A DNA stretch of 64,000 nucleotides from Promethearchaeota archaeon (GTDB taxonomy: Archaea; Asgardarchaeota; Lokiarchaeia; Sigyniarchaeales; SOKP01), in NCBI GenBank assembly GCA_016839765.1, contig JAEOTP010000043.1:64001-128000 (forward strand), given 5' to 3'. A program made the translations under genes and the position numbers. Of the stretch, positions 58,451-64,000 are shown piece by piece. The notes below the pieces were generated by a model, which saw only the letters and a list, made by a program, of their open reading frames with translations, was not told where the DNA came from and made no database searches. Positions within the stretch are counted from its first letter, which is position 1, and each line of letters begins with the position of its first letter.

Positions 58451-59506
58451 TCATTTAAAACTCATTTCTCTGCATTTATTAGCTTTTTCATACAGATGTA
58501 ATTTTTCATAACAAAAAGCTAAAGTTTCACAGAAATCTAAATTTTTAGGTTTCAATTTAAGAAGTTTTTCAAAATGTTGAATTGCTTTTCTATAATCTCT
58601 TTTAATATCGCAATAAATTTCTCCTAACTTCATTCTTGTAGAAGTATTATTAGGATTTTTTAGTAAAGCTTTCTTATAATAATAAACTGCTTTATCGTAA
58701 TCCTGTAATGCATAATAACTAAATCCCAAATTATCATATAATATTGGATCATCTGGTAAAATTTCTAAAGCTTCTTGAAAGCATGTTATGGCTTCTTTAT
58801 ATTTTTCTTTTACGTTATAAGATAGCCCTAAATCATTTAAAGCCTCAACACAAAACGGATCAATCTCTATTGCTCTTTTGTAATAATTTATCGCTAAATC
58901 ATAATTTTCTAATTCAAAAAGAATATCTGCTAATTCACACCATAAATCAGCATTATCAGAATCTAATTCTAATGCTTTTTTATAATAAAGAAGAGCCTTA
59001 TCATAATCTTGTTGATCGTAAGAAAGTATAGCAAGATTATTGTAAAGTAAAGAATCATCTGGATTAATTTTTAAGGCTCTTTCATAGCAATCAGTCGCCA
59101 TATGATACTGCTTCTCTCCTCTATATAATAAAGCCATATTATTTAAAACATCGGTATTACTAGGGTCATATTCTAAAGCTTTCGTGTAATATTCTAATGC
59201 GTTAGGATAATCTTCTTTATCTTCATAAGCAAAACCAATATTGTAGTATACAGTAGCATCTTCAGGTTCCAACTCAAGAGCCTTCTCATAATACTCAATC
59301 GCTTTATCTGATTCTCCTTTCATTGAAAGAGCTAATCCAATATTATTCCAAACTTCAGAAAAATAAGGATATATCTCAACAGCTCTTTGATAACACCTAA
59401 TTGCATTATCAAAATCATTTTCATTATAATAGGCATCCCCTAAATTAATCCACGCATCAGGATCGTCTGAATCTAGCTCAGTTGCCTTAATATAACGTTC
59501 AATCAT
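58451..59506 (-). CDS. Tetratricopeptide repeat protein
   Basis: About ten 34-aa TPRs (AWINLG...A..Y.KALEL.P). Confidence 0.92.
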   Translation of the reverse strand: MIERYIKATELDSDDPDAWINLGDAYYNENDFDNAIRCYQRAVEIYPYFSEVWNNIGLALSMKGESDKAIEYYEKALELEPEDATVYYNIGFAYEDKEDYPNALEYYTKALEYDPSNTDVLNNMALLYRGEKQYHMATDCYERALKINPDDSLLYNNLAILSYDQQDYDKALLYYKKALELDSDNADLWCELADILFELENYDLAINYYKRAIEIDPFCVEALNDLGLSYNVKEKYKEAITCFQEALEILPDDPILYDNLGFSYYALQDYDKAVYYYKKALLKNPNNTSTRMKLGEIYCDIKRDYRKAIQHFEKLLKLKPKNLDFCETLAFCYEKLHLYEKANKCREMSFK

Positions 59507-59575
59507 AGTTTTTGTTTCTTAATTCTATAATTTATAATGAGGGATGCCTATTATTTTTTTAGATTTTACTTAATT

Positions 59576-60616
59576 TTATTCTAAAATCATCATTTTATCT
59601 TGTTTTTGATCTGTTAATAATATTCTAAAATATTCCTTATTATTCCTAAAAATGACTTTTTCCAACTTTCCCTCAACAAGAACAGTTTCTCCTTTAATTG
59701 CATGTTCACAGAATCTTCCTCTGAAGGAATTTATCGTAATAATATCATCCAATTTAATATTTTTTGAAATGCATATATTATTGTAGGCTTTTATGCATTC
59801 TATTTTATAGGAACAAGGTGTAAAGATAGCATTGGAGTCATCAGTGATTTTTGCTTTTAATTTTATTCTTCCCATATTTTTATATGAATAATCATAGTAA
59901 GTTCCTTTCCAATCTTTAGGACTTTTTATATATCTTATAAAAAATTCAAATCTCTTATACATGCCCTGATGGAGTTTCCTTCTCTCACTTTTTAAAAAAT
60001 TTTCAAATGGTATTCCTGAACCTCCTACTCTCCATCCATAATGAGTGCGGTATTCTTCTTTGGAATATTTTCTACAATATTTATCTTTTTCCAGGATAAT
60101 AGCAAGCTTATTTTGGAAATCTCGGCTTATGTCTGTTCCATAAACAATCAAATCAATATCAGATTGATTTTTGCTTAATCCAACCATTTGTGAACCTGTT
60201 ATACCGATTGAACCATATGGGAGTAATGAATTCTCGATAAGTAATTCACAAAGCTCTTTAGAACATTTTTCAAGATGGTTAGGATTAAATTTCTGAGATA
60301 ATTCTTTATAGTATTCTCGTGGGGTATAAATTTCTTTAATATCCTCATTTTTAACACATTGTAGCTCTAAATCGAATTGTTTAGAGAAGAATAAATAATT
60401 TGGATGATTATTTCTTAGGAAGGAGAATCTTTCTTGTAAATCGTAGATCTTTTTAAATTTCTTTCCATTTTTGATTCGATCTCCATCTAGATGAGGATAA
60501 AAACGTATAAAACAAATTTTTCGATCAGAAGGGTGATGGACCCCTTTCACATCGAAAAAAAAGTTATCATTTTTAGTTTCTATATAATCTCCTTCAATTC
60601 CTTTAGGAATTTTCAT
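59576..60616 (-). CDS. Archaeal predicted nucleotidyltransferase (Pol-beta superfamily)
   Basis: GITGSQMVG...SDIDLIVYG; C-terminal OB-like region. Confidence 0.8.
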   Translation of the reverse strand: MKIPKGIEGDYIETKNDNFFFDVKGVHHPSDRKICFIRFYPHLDGDRIKNGKKFKKIYDLQERFSFLRNNHPNYLFFSKQFDLELQCVKNEDIKEIYTPREYYKELSQKFNPNHLEKCSKELCELLIENSLLPYGSIGITGSQMVGLSKNQSDIDLIVYGTDISRDFQNKLAIILEKDKYCRKYSKEEYRTHYGWRVGGSGIPFENFLKSERRKLHQGMYKRFEFFIRYIKSPKDWKGTYYDYSYKNMGRIKLKAKITDDSNAIFTPCSYKIECIKAYNNICISKNIKLDDIITINSFRGRFCEHAIKGETVLVEGKLEKVIFRNNKEYFRILLTDQKQDKMMILE

Positions 60617-60636
60617 AAATCTCCCATTAGTAATAA

Positions 60637-61740
60637 TTAATATTTTGAAGGAGTTTTAGATTTGATTTTATATTTTGGTATCTCTTGAACTTTTTTCAAT
60701 TCTTTCTCAAAATCTCTTTTTTCTCTAAGGAACCTCTCTTTATCTCTTTCTAATTTTTCTCTTTCTCTTCTAATAGCATTTTTTTCAGTGTCTATCATCG
60801 ACTTTTCTTTTACTAAATGCTTATAATCATTATTTAATCTTTTTTGTTTATCTTCCAAATCACGAATCTTGCGTTCTAATGAATAATAAGTATCTTCCGC
60901 TTTAGGAACTTTCCTATTTAGCTCTTTTAATCTTGTTTCTTGTTGTTGTTTCTTTTTTTCCAAATTTCTTACATCATTTTCAATTTTATCTCTAAAGTTT
61001 TCCAAATCTTCTTTTTTTTTATCAATTTCACGAGCTTTAAGATTTAGATCTTTTTTTTTAATACGATTTTTTTCTTTTTCATCTTTTAATTTTCTTTTTT
61101 CATCATCAATCCGGTTTTTTTCATCAAAAATGTTTTTTCTTAGATCATTGATTTCTTTATTTAAATTATCCCTTTCTTTTGAAAGATGTTTGATTTCATT
61201 TCTCAACTCCATTAATTCATTTTCTAATTTTTCAATTGTTCTCTCTAATGCATTTTCTCTTCTTTCCATTCCAGGTATTTTGGTTTTAATCTCTTTAACA
61301 CGAACTTCTGCTCTTGCTTTTTCTCTTTCTAAATATTTTTTCTCACTTTCTAAAGCGTCTTTTAGTCTATCTAACTTTTCTTGATATTTATCTAGGTCGG
61401 CATTTTTTTGATCTAACTCTCTTTCTTTTAAACTTAGATTATTTCTATGTTGCTTTATTCCATTTTTCATTCTTTCTAATTCACTTTTTAACTTTTCACG
61501 TTGGTTTAGAAGATTTTTGACTTCAAGTTCTTTCTCTTTTCTCTTTTTTTCAAGTTCTTTTATATTATCTTGATACCCTTCAAGTTTTTTAATAACCTTT
61601 TCCCAATCGCTTTTTTCTCTGTTTAACTTTATCCTTTCTTCCTTTATCTTTTTAAGTAGTCTTGTATCTTGAATAATTTCGATTTCTTCTTCTGGCGTTT
61701 TCTCTCGAATTTGATACTTAGGAATTGGTTTATCATTCAT
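60637..61740 (-). CDS. Continuous coiled-coil rod protein with matching terminal motifs
   Basis: ~320 aa of K/E/R/L heptads; IPKYQIREKTP at the N-terminus and IPKYKIKSKTP at the C-terminus. Confidence 0.75.
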   Translation of the reverse strand: MNDKPIPKYQIREKTPEEEIEIIQDTRLLKKIKEERIKLNREKSDWEKVIKKLEGYQDNIKELEKKRKEKELEVKNLLNQREKLKSELERMKNGIKQHRNNLSLKERELDQKNADLDKYQEKLDRLKDALESEKKYLEREKARAEVRVKEIKTKIPGMERRENALERTIEKLENELMELRNEIKHLSKERDNLNKEINDLRKNIFDEKNRIDDEKRKLKDEKEKNRIKKKDLNLKAREIDKKKEDLENFRDKIENDVRNLEKKKQQQETRLKELNRKVPKAEDTYYSLERKIRDLEDKQKRLNNDYKHLVKEKSMIDTEKNAIRREREKLERDKERFLREKRDFEKELKKVQEIPKYKIKSKTPSKY

Positions 61741-61944
61741 GATATTTCTTTAATTCATTTAATTTCTTAATTAAATTATATTAATATTAACTCTAAAGTG
61801 TTTGCAATTTGAAATTAGGCTCTTTTTGTATTTCTTGTAGATTCTATTTATATATTATAACTTCCATTATTTTTATTAAGAAATTACAAAAAATAATTAA
61901 AAAACTCAATAAAATTAATAATTCGAATAATTAGGTGTTTTTTT

Positions 61945-62373
61945 ATGGAGTTTGATGAAGAATTTGATGAAGAGTTTGATGATGAATTTGATGAAGAACT
62001 TGATGAAGAACTTGATGAAGAATTAGAAGAACCTTCTGCAAAAACTCCAGCGGAAGAGGTTAAAGCTAAAACTCCAGCGGAAGAGGTTAAAGCTAAAACT
62101 CCAGCAGTTAAAGCTTTTTCGGCAGGAAAAAAGATTTCAGTTTATTTTATGTCGACAATAGGTCCTGGTGAAAAAAAGCAAAAATTACTCATAAACACAG
62201 GAAACAGCGTTGGGGATATAAAAGAGACTGTTGCGAATTTATTTGGTTTAGATCCTGCTGATTTTCATTTATCTTCAGGTGGAATTACCATGGATGAGAG
62301 TTCAAATGTAAGTGAATATAACGTGAATGATGGAGAAGATATACTATTAATTCCAGCAAGTACTGCTGGTTAA
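61945..62373 (+). CDS. Ubiquitin-fold protein with acidic repeat N-terminus and C-terminal Gly
   Basis: Beta-grasp pattern (VGDIKETVANLFGL...FHLSSGGITMD...YNVNDGEDILLIP), ends ASTAG; AGGTG RBS. Confidence 0.75.
   Translation: MEFDEEFDEEFDDEFDEELDEELDEELEEPSAKTPAEEVKAKTPAEEVKAKTPAVKAFSAGKKISVYFMSTIGPGEKKQKLLINTGNSVGDIKETVANLFGLDPADFHLSSGGITMDESSNVSEYNVNDGEDILLIPASTAG
61948..62115 (+). repeat. Coding tandem repeats: 12-bp x7 (E[FL][DE][DE]) and 27-bp x2 plus partial (KTPAEEVKA)
   Basis: Directly visible: 61948-62031 and 62041-62115. Confidence 0.9.
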
Positions 62374-62390
62374 AAAAAATCATTATCCTA

Positions 62391-63200
62391 TTAGTTTTTC
62401 TTTTTTAAATTTTTTTCTTTTCTTGATGGAATCAGAGCAATTTCGTCATCATCATCAATAGCATAATCTTTTATTTGTGAGTTTTCATGCAATAATATTC
62501 CTCCAGAGGATAAAAGAAAATCTTCTAAATTATAGTCAAATAATGTTCCAATTCTTTCTTTAACACTAAATATTAATTCTGTTGTATCAATTATAATGAT
62601 TTTTGTTTTTTCACCTGGCTCAACTAATGATCTTATATAAACTCGTATCTGGTCTTCCTTTTCAATAAAATTTGTAGGAGGTGTATAAATTATCCCCTCG
62701 TCAGTCTTATCCCTGTTTTTCAACATATTTTCGATTAATATTTTTCTCTCGTGTTTATCAAAATACAACATTTCTCTGATAAACATTATTTTATCCATTT
62801 TTGATAATTCTAAAAGATTTATTTTTTCTAATTCTTCCCCACTAAACACAGAAAAAATATATTTATTAATTATTTCCATATTATCATATGATTCATTTGA
62901 TTCAACATAATCTTCTATTGAAGGCATGACATCAATATAATCCTCAATAAGATCAATAGGTTTTTTTTTAATCGATTTTTGTTTTTTGACATATTTTTTC
63001 TCGCTTTTCCTCTCATCCTCACTACTCGCAGATTGAATAATTGTATAGATAGTACTGGTGGATAGTACTGAGACACTACCGATAACTAGAAAGAGAAATA
63101 AAGGAATACTTTCTATATGGAATAAGAAAAAAGCCATATAGATAATTACAAAAATAATATAAAGGGTTATAATACTTAAAACTCTATTTTTTTTCTTCAT
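62391..63200 (-). CDS. Membrane-anchored protein with C-terminal ubiquitin-fold domain (no terminal Gly)
   Basis: Two N-terminal TMs; C-terminal domain aligns with 61945-62373 (PGEK, LSSGGI, LIP); ends KKKN. Confidence 0.72.
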   Translation of the reverse strand: MKKKNRVLSIITLYIIFVIIYMAFFLFHIESIPLFLFLVIGSVSVLSTSTIYTIIQSASSEDERKSEKKYVKKQKSIKKKPIDLIEDYIDVMPSIEDYVESNESYDNMEIINKYIFSVFSGEELEKINLLELSKMDKIMFIREMLYFDKHERKILIENMLKNRDKTDEGIIYTPPTNFIEKEDQIRVYIRSLVEPGEKTKIIIIDTTELIFSVKERIGTLFDYNLEDFLLSSGGILLHENSQIKDYAIDDDDEIALIPSRKEKNLKKKN

Positions 63201-63284
63201 GATTTTTTATTAAATTATTATCTAAATTTCTAATATATAATTTAAAATTTAAATTCCATTGGAATGAATTTGAAGTTTTTATTT

Positions 63285-63956
63285 TCATACACCTTGCATT
63301 TTTTTTCTAACTTTAGAATATTTATCTGTATCTAATTGGAATGTAATTCTTTTTTTTTCTTTTTCAATTTTTATTAATTTCAGTTTTTTTAAAACATATA
63401 AATATTTTTTAATTATATTATGATTCTTTTTTAAGTTAGTTGCTATTTCTGTAATTTTTAATGCTTTATCTTCCTTTTTCATAAAATTAATTATTTCTTG
63501 AACAATAGCCAAATTTAAATAATAATAGAGCTCGTCAAGTTCTGGATTTGAATCGTATTTATAAATAATTCTTCGATTGTTAATTTTTTTTGATCTAACA
63601 AATCGAAATTTTTCCAAACAAGATAGATGCCATAAAGCTTGATTACTTCCGATATTTAGAGCATTCATTATTTCATTAATATTTGACGGATTTTTCTTTA
63701 TGTAATTAAAGATTTCATTCCTTACTGGATGTTCAATAATATTATTTTTCATCAATTTTGTTCCAGGAATGATCATTCTCTTTTTAATAAGATTTTTAAT
63801 GGTAATTTCAATCCTAGCTTTATTGATAAAGGGATTTGATTTTACCCTATTACTAATAAATACAACAATGTTTTGTATTGAAAAGAATGGTTTTTTTTCT
63901 AAATATTCTTTTACTAATTCAAGAATAATAGATTCGACATTATTCATAGAGTTCAT
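63285..63956 (-). CDS. Double winged-helix (ArsR-like) transcriptional regulator
   Basis: RNEIFNYIKKNP...ALWHLSCLEKF; second HTH ITEIATNL...KKYLYVLKKL. Confidence 0.75.
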   Translation of the reverse strand: MNSMNNVESIILELVKEYLEKKPFFSIQNIVVFISNRVKSNPFINKARIEITIKNLIKKRMIIPGTKLMKNNIIEHPVRNEIFNYIKKNPSNINEIMNALNIGSNQALWHLSCLEKFRFVRSKKINNRRIIYKYDSNPELDELYYYLNLAIVQEIINFMKKEDKALKITEIATNLKKNHNIIKKYLYVLKKLKLIKIEKEKKRITFQLDTDKYSKVRKKMQGV

Positions 63957-64000
63957 AACCCTATACTTTTATAATGTTAAAATATTTGGATTTTGTAAAT

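Noticed and set aside
4478-61520. Short overlapping ORFs in the track (e.g. 4478-4711, 6520-6738, 6757-7146, 12765-13109, 19183-19563, 47593-47949, 55705-56142, 61130-61384)
   Set aside because: Antisense or off-frame shadows of well-supported genes, with no motifs
61948-62115. CRISPR array
   Set aside because: Head-to-tail in-frame coding repeats without spacers; no cas genes

Overview
AT-rich archaeal DNA, most consistent with an Asgard archaeon of the Lokiarchaeia type. Evidence: GGTG(A) ribosome-binding sites, TATA promoters, archaeal AlaRS/DTD2/EndoQ-like genes, three Rab-like GTPases, ubiquitin-fold, SNAP-like/TPR and long coiled-coil proteins. The centre (~11-44 kb) is a redox/sulfur/metal island. 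It holds TusA-DsrE-IscS-IscU, a CoA-persulfide reductase fusion, rubrerythrin, superoxide reductase, a flavodiiron protein, rubredoxins and their reductase, a CooS-V-like CODH homologue, ferredoxin-thioredoxin reductase, CCG proteins, two PDOs with TrxR, ZIP/DtxR and two Lrp genes. Highlights: (1) an unrecognised ~160-nt structured ncRNA with its own TATA box and T-tract at ~10037-10208; (2) a sulfur-relay operon whose IscS has Asp instead of the PLP lysine and whose IscU is fused to a degenerate TrxR NADPH domain; (3) a pair of paralogous Ufm1-like ubiquitin-fold proteins, one Gly-ended and one membrane-anchored, beside a coiled-coil rod with matching end motifs; (4) a GAACATGTTC palindrome candidate regulon around the non-canonical cooS; (5) four small ORFs missing from the ORF track, a frameshifted NUDIX gene and probable ATT/ATA starts. 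No tRNA, rRNA, CRISPR or transposase was recognised. All calls are by-eye motif recognition; no database search was run.
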